The notes beneath the pieces were generated by a model, which was not told where the DNA came from, ran no database searches, and saw nothing but the letters and a program-made list of their open reading frames with translations. From contig JBDRMG010000022.1 in NCBI GenBank assembly GCA_043812495.1, positions 1-45,061 on the forward strand: DNA of 45,061 nt. The letters run 5' to 3'. The stretch comes from Candidatus Omnitrophota bacterium (GTDB lineage Bacteria; Omnitrophota; Gorgyraeia; Zapsychrales; JBDRMG01). Position 1 is the stretch's first letter, and each line of letters starts with the position of its first letter. The position numbers and the translations under genes are program-made. This document shows, piece by piece, positions 37,331 to 45,061 of this stretch.

Positions 37331-37493
37331 AAATTCGAAATCCGAAATGGTTCGGCTAGCTCACCATCCTTCGAACCATCCTGAACAAAGTCGAAGGACA
37401 ATGTTCAAATGTTTCAAACTCGAATAATCAAAACTTTTTTATTCATTTGAATCTTAAAAATTCTGTTTTTTTAATATTGCGTGCTTCAGATTT
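37331..37493. repeat. ORF-less periodic IR element with nested palindromes
   Basis: Begins aaattcgaaatccgaa, like the four-helix-bundle arms. Contains atggttcggctagctcaccat and tccttcga...tcgaagga. Confidence 0.55.
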
Positions 37494-38535
37494 ATTTTGT
37501 TTTCCCTCTAAACTTTCCCGTATACCGATAATTCATGACAAGCACCGTGACATACGTCGAGATCCTTGTCATGGCCGTCACCTCGGTGTCCGGAGAAACC
37601 AATTTTAATTCTTGGCAGCGATGCTCGATGTTCTTGAGCAGATCGTTGATGATATATTTTTTCTCGCCGGCCCAAGCGGCCACGCTTTTGAGAATCGCGG
37701 ACTTATTTCTTTTTATGATATCATGGGCGGGCACAAAATCCTTTGTTTCTTCGTTTTTTTCGACAAATATCCTTTTTAAGTTGGTGTCATGAAAATCCGG
37801 AAAAGCCTCGGCACTGAACTGTTTCTTCTTTTTATAATAGTTGGCGAGGGTCATGCGCGAGCGCGAAGCCTGCCAAAACTTGTTGGCCCTCGTCACAAGC
37901 GGATCTTTGTCTTTAAAGGTTTGTATGAGCTGCTCAACGAATTTTAATTTCGAAAGCGCCTTCCACCCTTTGTATTGCTGGTTCCAATCAAGTTCCGGCG
38001 TTAGCCACACGGCGAATGTCTCCGCAAAATCCTCGTCGGGATGATATTGCGCGTAATAATCCTCGAGGTGGCGTACAAAGTTCCGTGAATACGGCCGGAA
38101 GCGGTACGTATCGCCGTATTCGGCATGGGGTGAGCCAAAGACCTTTTGCCATTTTCGGCTTTTGCTTAATTTGTAGCCGTGATTGATGGTATGCCCTGTC
38201 TCGTGGTGCAGAAGCTTCATGCACCAGTTTTTAGTTTCGCCTTCGGCCTCAAGCATCATCTTTTTTTCTAATTTGATCAGAGCATCATCGGCCAAGTAAA
38301 AAGGGATGCCGATGGTGATTTCATCTTCGGGCGTCAACCATTCGTCGGCCAAGTAACAAGTAGGTTTAAAGCGAATGCCTTTGTCATCAAGTTCTTTATT
38401 GAGCTCGCTAATACAGCCTTCAAGCCAAGAGCCCGGAATTTTGACATCGAGATCGCAGATACGGGTCGAAAGAAGCATTTCTTCCGAAACGCTTGCGGGA
38501 TTGATTTTCTTTTTTTGGAGCGCAGCGCTTGTCAT
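37492..38535 (-). CDS. Putative zinc-binding metallopeptidase
   Basis: HETGH zinc motif and YAQYHPDEDFAETFAVWL. Start moved to M22 because the upstream codons lie within a palindrome. Confidence 0.78.
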   Translation of the reverse strand: MTSAALQKKKINPASVSEEMLLSTRICDLDVKIPGSWLEGCISELNKELDDKGIRFKPTCYLADEWLTPEDEITIGIPFYLADDALIKLEKKMMLEAEGETKNWCMKLLHHETGHTINHGYKLSKSRKWQKVFGSPHAEYGDTYRFRPYSRNFVRHLEDYYAQYHPDEDFAETFAVWLTPELDWNQQYKGWKALSKLKFVEQLIQTFKDKDPLVTRANKFWQASRSRMTLANYYKKKKQFSAEAFPDFHDTNLKRIFVEKNEETKDFVPAHDIIKRNKSAILKSVAAWAGEKKYIINDLLKNIEHRCQELKLVSPDTEVTAMTRISTYVTVLVMNYRYTGKFRGKTK

Positions 38536-38547
38536 TTCAATGAGGCC

Positions 38548-38653
38548 ATGACTTATGTCTCGCACCGAGTGCTCTGCACGAGGTGAGCGTAGCGACATAA
38601 GTCATCTGGCCGAATTAACCCCGCCCGCCATTGATTTAGTGGCGGGCGGGGGA
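38548..38653. repeat. Palindrome with nested mini-element plus REP-like element copy 2
   Basis: atgacttatgtc...gacataagtcat (38548-38605) encloses ccgagtgctctgcacgagg. It is followed by ctggccgaattaaccccgcccgcca...tggcgggcgggg (38606-38653). Confidence 0.75.
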
Positions 38654-38691
38654 TTAAGCAAATACAATTATAATATTTCAACAAAGGCGTT

Positions 38692-40083
38692 TTACCACTT
38701 CCCTGTTTTGCGCACATCGGCCTTGGGATATTTCTTGAGAATCTCTTCGGACTTCTTGATTTCTGATTCCGGAAGATGAAATTCCTCCAGTTGATTCCCC
38801 AAATATTTTTGATAACCCAGAAGGTCCAAAAGGCCGTGACCGCTGTAATTGCACAGAATCACTTTTTCTTTGCCTTCTTCTTTGGCCTTTAGGGCCTCGT
38901 CGATCACGCACGCCAGGGCATGCGAAGTTTCCGGCGCGCAAATCGTGCCTTCGGTTCGCGCCCACACGAGCGCCGATTCAAAGCATTTAAGCTGATCGTA
39001 CGCGCGCGGCGACAATAATCCTTCGATAGCGGCCTGGCTCACCAAAGGGGCCATGCCATGATAGCGAAGACCGCCGGCATGAATAGGCGCCGGAATGAAA
39101 TTGTGCCCGAGCGTGAGCATGGCCAGAAGCGGCGTCATGCCGGCCACATCGCCAAAGTCGTAGGCAAAAAGCCCGCGTGTCATTTTGGGCGCGGCCGATG
39201 ATTCGACGGGGATAATGTCGATTTTAGCGCCGTGAATTTTGTCGTTCACAAAAGGAAACGCGAGGCCCGCGAAATTGCTTCCGCCGCCGGCGCACCCGAT
39301 CACAATATCCACTTTTTTCTCGCCGGCGATTTCCAGTTGTTTTTTGGCTTCGAGGCCAATGATCGTTTGATGCAAAAGAACATGATTAAGAACGCTGCCT
39401 AAGGAATAACGGGTTTTTCCGCTTTGATCTGTGACCGCGGCTTCCACCGCTTCGCTGATGGCAATGCCAAGGCTTCCTGGTGTATCCGGCATTTTCGCGA
39501 GGATATCGCGACCGGCCTTTGTTTCATTGCTCGGGGAGGCCACGCAATCTGCGCCCCAGGTTTTCATCAATGTTTTTCGCATGGGCTTCTGGTCAAAGCT
39601 GATGCGGACCATAAACACTTTACATTCTAGTCCGATGAGCGCGCAGGAAAACGCGAGCGCGCTTCCCCATTGGCCGGCCCCGGTTTCGGTGGTCAACTTT
39701 TTAATGCCGAATTGTTTATTGTACCAGGCTTGAGCCACAGCGGTATTGGGCTTATGGCTTCCGGCCGGCGACACGCTTTCGTCTTTATAATAAATTCGCG
39801 CCGGCGTTTTCAAATACTCTTCAAGATATTTGGCCCGGCGTAAAGGCGACGGCCGCCATCGGTAAAGAATTTCTAAGATTTCTTCGGGGATATCAATCCA
39901 TCGTTCTTGACTGACTTCCTGCTCGATCAAATTGTCCGGAAAAACGGGTTTGAGCATCTCGGGTTTCACCGGATTTCCGTCGGGCCCCAAAGGCGGCAAC
40001 ATCGGGGTAGGCAGATCCGCGGCTAAGTTATACCATTTTCTCGGAATATCTTTTTCGCTTAAGTTAATTTTGATTTCGCTCAT
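38692..40083 (-). CDS. trpB2: TrpB2 (tryptophan synthase beta-like PLP enzyme)
   Basis: [51 protein letters not shown] and [10 protein letters not shown]. Confidence 0.93.
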   Translation of the reverse strand: MSEIKINLSEKDIPRKWYNLAADLPTPMLPPLGPDGNPVKPEMLKPVFPDNLIEQEVSQERWIDIPEEILEILYRWRPSPLRRAKYLEEYLKTPARIYYKDESVSPAGSHKPNTAVAQAWYNKQFGIKKLTTETGAGQWGSALAFSCALIGLECKVFMVRISFDQKPMRKTLMKTWGADCVASPSNETKAGRDILAKMPDTPGSLGIAISEAVEAAVTDQSGKTRYSLGSVLNHVLLHQTIIGLEAKKQLEIAGEKKVDIVIGCAGGGSNFAGLAFPFVNDKIHGAKIDIIPVESSAAPKMTRGLFAYDFGDVAGMTPLLAMLTLGHNFIPAPIHAGGLRYHGMAPLVSQAAIEGLLSPRAYDQLKCFESALVWARTEGTICAPETSHALACVIDEALKAKEEGKEKVILCNYSGHGLLDLLGYQKYLGNQLEEFHLPESEIKKSEEILKKYPKADVRKTGKW

Positions 40084-40317
40084 TTGCGGTGTCTCCTTTT
40101 TAAAGATGATTCAAAAACGATGGCGTTATTTTACCGCGGATTGCGGTTTAAGGCAAGGCCATTAGCGATCCGGCAAGGGGACGTTCATTATAAACACACG
40201 GTCTGTTCTTGTTATGCGCAACAGGTTTTTTTAAAATGGGCACGCGCGCCCTCTGCTTCCGGATTGCGGGTTGTTCGCAAATTATTAAAGGTTTCGATGG
40301 AAAATTTTTTTGAATTC

Positions 40318-40345
40318 TTGACTTAGAAAACTGTTTTGTTATAAT
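40318..40345 (+). promoter_or_regulatory. Sigma70 promoter
   Basis: TTGACT-16 bp-TATAAT with TG extension, upstream of 40378. Confidence 0.6.
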
Positions 40346-40377
40346 CAAAAGCTTAAAGGATCCCAAAAGGAGCTGTT

Positions 40378-40914
40378 ATGAAAAATAATTATTCTTTTTT
40401 GAATGATGAGCTTGCGTTGCTGGAAATTCGAAAGCATAAATGGATCGAAAGCGAGCGATCGGGTCGAGAAATTGGATTTGCGACAGCCGCTGTTGAGTGG
40501 GTAAAGAAATACGGCGATGATTGGCTAAGATACCGGTTAGGTTTTTCAAAAAGAGAAAAATTTTTCTCGGAGAAACGAAATCAGCGTCGTTTTTCTTGCA
40601 GCTTTCCTATCTTATTTGAATCAAACAATATCCGATTTGTTTCCTGTGCAAACGATATCAATCTTGTTGCGATAAGCTGCGTGATTCCAAAAGATCTTAT
40701 TGGTCAAGAGGCTCTTGAGACCTTTATTGATTTCTCAAACAAGAATCCAAAGGGTTTAAAGTCCGCCTTTAAATTTACCGCAAAGGTTCTTCGCGCCTCT
40801 CCTTTATCAAAAAAGAACTCGGGTAAACTTTACCATATCGTCCTATCCTTAAACGATTGCGTGAGAGACTATTTACGGGGTCACGCGGACGCGTTATTTT
40901 ATTCCCCTGCATAA
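40378..40914 (+). CDS. DUF4032-like domain fused to a PilZ-like domain
   Basis: EIRKHKWIESERSGREIGF...W, then EKRNQRRF (RxxxR) and NDINLVAI (degenerate DxSxxG). Confidence 0.65.
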   Translation: MKNNYSFLNDELALLEIRKHKWIESERSGREIGFATAAVEWVKKYGDDWLRYRLGFSKREKFFSEKRNQRRFSCSFPILFESNNIRFVSCANDINLVAISCVIPKDLIGQEALETFIDFSNKNPKGLKSAFKFTAKVLRASPLSKKNSGKLYHIVLSLNDCVRDYLRGHADALFYSPA

Positions 40915-40991
40915 GGTTTGAGCGATTTACTTCGACAAGCGCCTATTCATCATTGTTGGACTAGAATTGTCCGGCGTGAGGACGGTGGTAT

Positions 40992-41102
40992 TTATTGGTC
41001 TTTTCCTTATTAATGGAACAGTCAATAATATTCTCTCTATACGAGAAAGAAGACCTAATATTGACTTCCACCGTTCCTTTAATAAAGAGAAAGTCAATAA
41101 TG
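40992..41102. repeat. 111-bp MITE-like element, copy 1
   Basis: Identical to the reverse complement of 44518-44628. Has its own 28-bp imperfect terminal IRs. Confidence 0.9.
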
Positions 41103-41867
41103 CGAACTTTTAGACACAAGCAAACCGTATAACAAAAAAAGAAGTCCAAGTGCCAGTAATCCAATTTGCCGGGGATCAAAACCGGTAGCTAAACCCCATT
41201 CGGCCCATTCGCCTGCGATCGCAAAGAGAATGAAACCAAGCCCGAGCACCTTTAAGAATAAACCCTTTTTCGTCTTTTTCTTTAGGGTCTCTCGAGCTTT
41301 GTCCGCGCTTTGAACGGAAGCCTGCTGAGGCGCTTGCCCTACGGCTTTTGCGGATCCTTTTTGCAAGTAGAGCGCGCTCGCAAGTTCGGAAACGCCGATC
41401 GCAAAAAAACCGAATAGCGTCAGCCATAATCCGTAAACAATGTTGACCTTGAGCACCAATTTATCCATATCCGTAGACATCAGCTTATAAATCACCGCGC
41501 AGACGATGCCTACGGCGATCAGGCCAAGAAAAAATCGGATAATTTTTATATGTTTAAACACGCAGCCCGCGAGCGAGATTAACATGGCAATCAAGGGCAC
41601 GCCCCACAAAAGGTAGCTTTTTTTGTCCGCATCCCGAATTTGCGGATTAAAAATTTTGATCACGCTGATCATAAAGCGTGATTCCTTGCTGTTAGCCAAA
41701 AGCGGCACGCGAAATCCGCTGATCGAATCAATCACTCCCTGGTCCTTGCCTGTTAAGATCTTGCTAAATCCTCCGACGGCCTGCGATTCCACGGTTATCC
41801 ACGGCAAAAAAAAGCTGACGGTGATGACCATGACCAAAAATGTCGTTAATCTCTCTTGCGCGCCCAT
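41094..41867 (-). CDS. Hypothetical multi-pass membrane protein
   Basis: About 6 hydrophobic segments (SFFLPW...). The stop codon lies inside the 111-bp element. Confidence 0.7.
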   Translation of the reverse strand: MGAQERLTTFLVMVITVSFFLPWITVESQAVGGFSKILTGKDQGVIDSISGFRVPLLANSKESRFMISVIKIFNPQIRDADKKSYLLWGVPLIAMLISLAGCVFKHIKIIRFFLGLIAVGIVCAVIYKLMSTDMDKLVLKVNIVYGLWLTLFGFFAIGVSELASALYLQKGSAKAVGQAPQQASVQSADKARETLKKKTKKGLFLKVLGLGFILFAIAGEWAEWGLATGFDPRQIGLLALGLLFLLYGLLVSKSSHY

Positions 41868-41925
41868 GTCTACCTTTCTCCATTGCGCCTCGCCATGGAT
41901 TCCGTGGCGGAGCGAATTTCATTCT

Positions 41926-43188
41926 TTAAGAAAGAATCCATCGATACACCGGCATCGCGGTGATGGTTGTTCCGTCTCTCTTGATTTCTTCGTCGTGATC
42001 TTCCGTTAAAATCAACGCTTCTTTGAGTTTTAATTCTTTCATCGCGCAAATGAGCGCTTCGATCACGTCGTCTTTGTTTTGCTGTAATCCGTCGACCACA
42101 TGAACCAATTGCGCGTGATCTGGGTCTTTTTGAACAAGAAAATCGATCTCTTGATCGTTCTTGGTACGGTAATAAAAAATCTGCGGACATTTTCTTCTGA
42201 GTTCGACAAAAACTAAATTTTTTAAAAAGACGGTTCTGTTTTTGGTAAACCCGGAGGCGATCACGTGCATAAAACCATTATCAATGCAATAGGCCTTTTT
42301 GTGCGCCACCAGCTGTTGTTTCACGGAATAAAAAAAACGCGGGACCGTGAACACGAGATAGCAGTCTTCGAGGAAGCTGATGTATTGCTTGACGGTCACG
42401 TCGCTTTTGAGGCGTAAAATCGTTTTTAGGCCATTATAAGAGAACGGCGTCGAGACATTGCTCAGCAAATACAGCCCCAGCTCCCGCAGAGCCTTGACTT
42501 CCTTTATATCATGGCGGGCCACAATATCCCGGTACAAAATGTCCTCATAAATCCTCTTTAAGAAAACCGGGTCTTGGTATTTATTGTATTCGGGAACGCC
42601 GCCTTTCTTAAGGTATTCTTGAAAATGTTTTTTGATCAGCGCCCGTTTTTGCGTGTCCAATAAATCATTCGCTTCTATCTTGACATCGCGAAACGCGAGA
42701 TATTCTTTGAAGGAAAACGGAAAAAGTTCCAAAACAATGTTGCGTCCGGTCAGGCGCGTGCCGAGCTCTTTACTTAAGAGCGAGGCATTGGAACCGGTGA
42801 TAAAAAATTTATAACCCCTATCCTGCATGCGCCGGACAAACGCCTCCCAATGGGGAACGTTTTGGATTTCGTCAAAGAAGAAAACTTTTTGGTCGCCGAA
42901 AAGCTCAATCAGGACTTCGTACAAATGATTAAAATCCTCTTTGCGGAAATCCAAAAGCCGTTCATCCTCAAAATTAAAATAGAATGCTTTGGAATCGTAA
43001 TAATGCTTGATGGCTTGCGCCAGGAGCGTGGATTTTCCGACCCGCCTCATCCCGGAAATGATCACGGCATGGGGGGAGGAAATGTATTTCTCGAGCCACG
43101 CGAGGTCTTCCCTTTGTGTTCCTAGCTCAAAGGACTTTTGAATTTTTTGTTGCTCAAGCGCGATTTCTTTAAGAAGAAGTTTGTCCAT
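41926..43188 (-). CDS. AAA+ ATPase with DUF4143 domain
   Basis: GMRRVGKST, NFEDERL, FFDEIQ, ITGSNA, LTGR, YCIDNG and EIDF. Confidence 0.88.
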   Translation of the reverse strand: MDKLLLKEIALEQQKIQKSFELGTQREDLAWLEKYISSPHAVIISGMRRVGKSTLLAQAIKHYYDSKAFYFNFEDERLLDFRKEDFNHLYEVLIELFGDQKVFFFDEIQNVPHWEAFVRRMQDRGYKFFITGSNASLLSKELGTRLTGRNIVLELFPFSFKEYLAFRDVKIEANDLLDTQKRALIKKHFQEYLKKGGVPEYNKYQDPVFLKRIYEDILYRDIVARHDIKEVKALRELGLYLLSNVSTPFSYNGLKTILRLKSDVTVKQYISFLEDCYLVFTVPRFFYSVKQQLVAHKKAYCIDNGFMHVIASGFTKNRTVFLKNLVFVELRRKCPQIFYYRTKNDQEIDFLVQKDPDHAQLVHVVDGLQQNKDDVIEALICAMKELKLKEALILTEDHDEEIKRDGTTITAMPVYRWILS

Positions 43189-43207
43189 TAATCCTGCCTC
43201 TTTTCTT

Positions 43208-43255
43208 GTTCATATTCACAATATGAACTGTACACCTTAGACCTCTTATTGTCAA
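43208..43255 (-). promoter_or_regulatory. Promoter with operator-like palindrome
   Basis: TTGACA-17 bp-TACAGT. IR gttcatatt-cac-aatatgaac at 43208-43228. Confidence 0.6.
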
Positions 43256-43271
43256 TAGGAACTTTAATGAG

Positions 43272-43511
43272 CCCCGCTTCTTGCTTTCGCAAGAAAGCAG
43301 CGGGGCGAATTAACCCCGCACCTTTCGACAGTTGATTCCAGTGGTTGAAAGGTGCGGGATAATGAGTCCTCCGCCCTTTTGGATTTGCTGCTGAGATAGC
43401 CTCTTATCCAAAAGGGCGGGGTAGAATGTATCGCAATATAGAAAGGCAAAAAGTGCGGGATGACTTCGCACCTATAGTTTACGGCATTCCGCAAGGGATG
43501 CCGTAAACTAT
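43272..43511. repeat. Cluster of REP-like hairpins
   Basis: gccccgct...agcggggc, cccgcacctttc...gaaaggtgcggg, ccgcccttttggat...atccaaaagggcgg and atagtttacggcat...atgccgtaaactat. Confidence 0.8.
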
Positions 43512-43594
43512 GTGCTCATTCAAACGACCCTGACGGTTTTCGTAAGGGGAATCCTCTCTAGTCGCCCCCAGGAAACCCTCCAGCGCTTTTGTAC

Positions 43595-43891
43595 TTAAGG
43601 ATGCGGGGTGATTGCGACAATCACAATTTCTGAGCGCTGCGAGCCATAGAAGAAAAATATTCTATAGGCTGCGGAGGTGTCCTGCTCTGCGTAGGCCTCA
43701 AAGACTTTTTCTCCATGGGGACCTTTAATGGATGAAAATTCATGCGTCTGCAGACTGGGGTGGCGTGGGTTTTCCTGCAGAAACTTCAACGCCTTGGATA
43801 CGGCTTTAAAGCATTTCGCAAGATGAGGGGATTCCTTGAGCTCTTTGAGGCTGTTTTTAGCGGTTGACGTAAAGCTCAAAAAGAATTTCAT
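43595..43891 (-). CDS. RelE/ParE-superfamily toxin-like protein
   Basis: FTSTAKNSLKEL...NPRHPSLQTHE...AYRIFFFY...IVAITPHP. Overlaps the upstream gene by 4 nt. Confidence 0.72.
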   Translation of the reverse strand: MKFFLSFTSTAKNSLKELKESPHLAKCFKAVSKALKFLQENPRHPSLQTHEFSSIKGPHGEKVFEAYAEQDTSAAYRIFFFYGSQRSEIVIVAITPHP

Positions 43892-44232
43892 AAATTATCC
43901 AGGAAGGAGTCCAGATCATCTACGCGTTCAGTCTTCCCTTCCCGCGCTTCTTCAAGCCCTTTGCGGACCTTCTCGACAACCTCAGGGTTGCGGTAGACCC
44001 ATGCCTCGCTGCTGGGAATAGATACGGCTGGTCTCAATAAAATATCTCCGTTTCTGCCAATAAAGATCTGATAGGATTCCACGTTCATCCGTTTGCCGAT
44101 GGACTTGATCAGCTTACCGCCCAAGGTAATCCTGTGTTTTGAGTCCAGCGGTTTTGTATGATACGGGATAAATTCCTCGTGGATATCGATTGTTTCTTTC
44201 TTTGCTCCGTTATGCGGTTTGAGTGGTTTCAT
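43888..44232 (-). CDS. AbrB/SpoVT-like antitoxin
   Basis: LDSKHRITLG...GDILLRP, IPSSEAWVY and VRKGLEEAREGK...DLDSFLDNL. Confidence 0.7.
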   Translation of the reverse strand: MKPLKPHNGAKKETIDIHEEFIPYHTKPLDSKHRITLGGKLIKSIGKRMNVESYQIFIGRNGDILLRPAVSIPSSEAWVYRNPEVVEKVRKGLEEAREGKTERVDDLDSFLDNL

Positions 44233-44253
44233 TTTTTCTCCCTTTTCGCTTAA

Positions 44254-44282
44254 AGTATATACTATTGGGGGAATGTTGTCAA
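44254..44282 (-). promoter_or_regulatory. Sigma70 promoter of the TA operon
   Basis: TTGACA-17 bp-TATACT. Confidence 0.7.
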
Positions 44283-44517
44283 GTGGGAAAGTGGGCTAAT
44301 TTATATTTTCCGAGATCTTGACAAATTCAGGTCAGCGTTCCCGTTCATGTGTACAGAGTTATTGCAATGCAGCGCACATAATCCTCTAAATCTCCCCGGC
44401 ATGTCCAGAGAGGTCTATTTTTAAACTTAGAGCATAACAGAAAGATTCTCTATTTAATGGCTATGGCCGAATATATGTGATATGCAAATAGTGCCAAAAA
44501 TCGCATTAAATAAAAGC

Positions 44518-44628
44518 CATTATTGACTTTCTCTTTATTAAAGGAACGGTGGAAGTCAATATTAGGTCTTCTTTCTCGTATAGAGAGAATATTATTGACT
44601 GTTCCATTAATAAGGAAAAGACCAATAA
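44518..44628. repeat. 111-bp MITE-like element, copy 2 (inverted)
   Basis: Exact reverse complement of 40992-41102. Confidence 0.9.
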
Positions 44629-45000
44629 CTAGGAGAGGAATCGGATGGGTTTCTTGAATATCTCGTCTCATTCAGAGAGGGGAGACAGCGGAGAGATTAA
44701 AATATACATTTTACCGACGGGAGGAGGCCCCTTCTGTCCTAACCGTTGTAAACGTTAGGAGATAAAAATTCTCGGCGATCGTTGACCGTCGGGGATTTGT
44801 TGTAACTTATTGTGCTCCAATAAGTTAAATATCTGGCGACCCCTGCCCCGACGTTCGCATTCCATGCTCAGTCGGGGTCCCGACCGAGGATTTATCCGAG
44901 TGTCGGGACGGGATTTGGATGGTTTCGCTATCGCTCAACCACTCTTTCGCTGCGCTCAGTCGCCCGCTATCTTCGATATCGGGCTCTTCTCTCTGGGTTT

Positions 45001-45041
45001 TAAATAATTTGGGCCACCTTTTAGGTGGCCCAAATTATTTA
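45001..45041. terminator. Perfect 19-bp hairpin
   Basis: taaataatttgggccacct-ttt-aggtggcccaaattattta. Confidence 0.7.
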
Positions 45042-45061
45042 GCGACCCTGACGGTTTTCGT

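Larger units (their letters stand above)
43525..45061. repeat. 19-bp direct repeats (tRNA-3'-like, att-like)
   Basis: cgaccctgacggttttcgt at 43525-43543 and 45043-45061. The second copy is cut by the window end. Confidence 0.75.

Noticed and set aside
35319..38535. True vanHAX vancomycin-resistance cluster
   Set aside because: The peptidase is HExxH-type rather than VanX, the ligase lacks a canonical Ddl/VanA N-terminus, and there is no adjacent vanRS.
38536..38598. N-terminal extension of the metallopeptidase ORF
   Set aside because: It lies within a palindromic repeat. The downstream ATG at 38535 is more plausible.
44450..44671. 73-aa ORF (and 40961-41179)
   Set aside because: Mostly translation of the 111-bp repeat element.
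44834..45061. Intact tRNA gene
   Set aside because: Only a 3'-end-like fragment is present. No D-arm, anticodon arm or intact TTCGAA loop could be folded.

Overview
Bacterial genomic window, mostly minus-strand genes. Gene content and style suggest Omnitrophota/OP3 or a similar PVC lineage (inference). Bases 1-1.2 kb hold an IS30-family element whose right end abuts half of a hairpin repeat. Bases 1.2-24.5 kb hold an unusually elaborate Tad/Flp (type IVc) pilus locus: tadC, tadB and 12 prepilin-like proteins. These include a short pilin missing from the ORF track, a 1265-aa Cys-rich TadG-like adhesin and a pilin fused to a Hint (intein-like) domain. The locus also has a CpaE/TadZ-CpaF/TadA fusion, a secretin fused to a TonB C-terminal domain, CpaB, a PpiC foldase and a 953-aa protein with transposase-like ends. 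The pilin operon is interrupted by two small cassettes (four-helix-bundle and GxxExxY genes), each bracketed by inverted repeats. Bases 24.6-32 kb hold an AAA ATPase and a two-component cluster. Bases 32-40 kb hold mdh and a peptidase / ATP-grasp ligase / hydroxyacid dehydrogenase / GST / nitrilase run plus trpB2. Bases 40-45 kb are accessory: two identical 111-bp elements in inverted orientation, an AAA ATPase, a toxin-antitoxin pair and tRNA-3'-like direct repeats. Many REP-like palindromes occur throughout. No rRNA, complete tRNA or CRISPR array was seen. All protein calls come from motif recognition by eye, not database searches.
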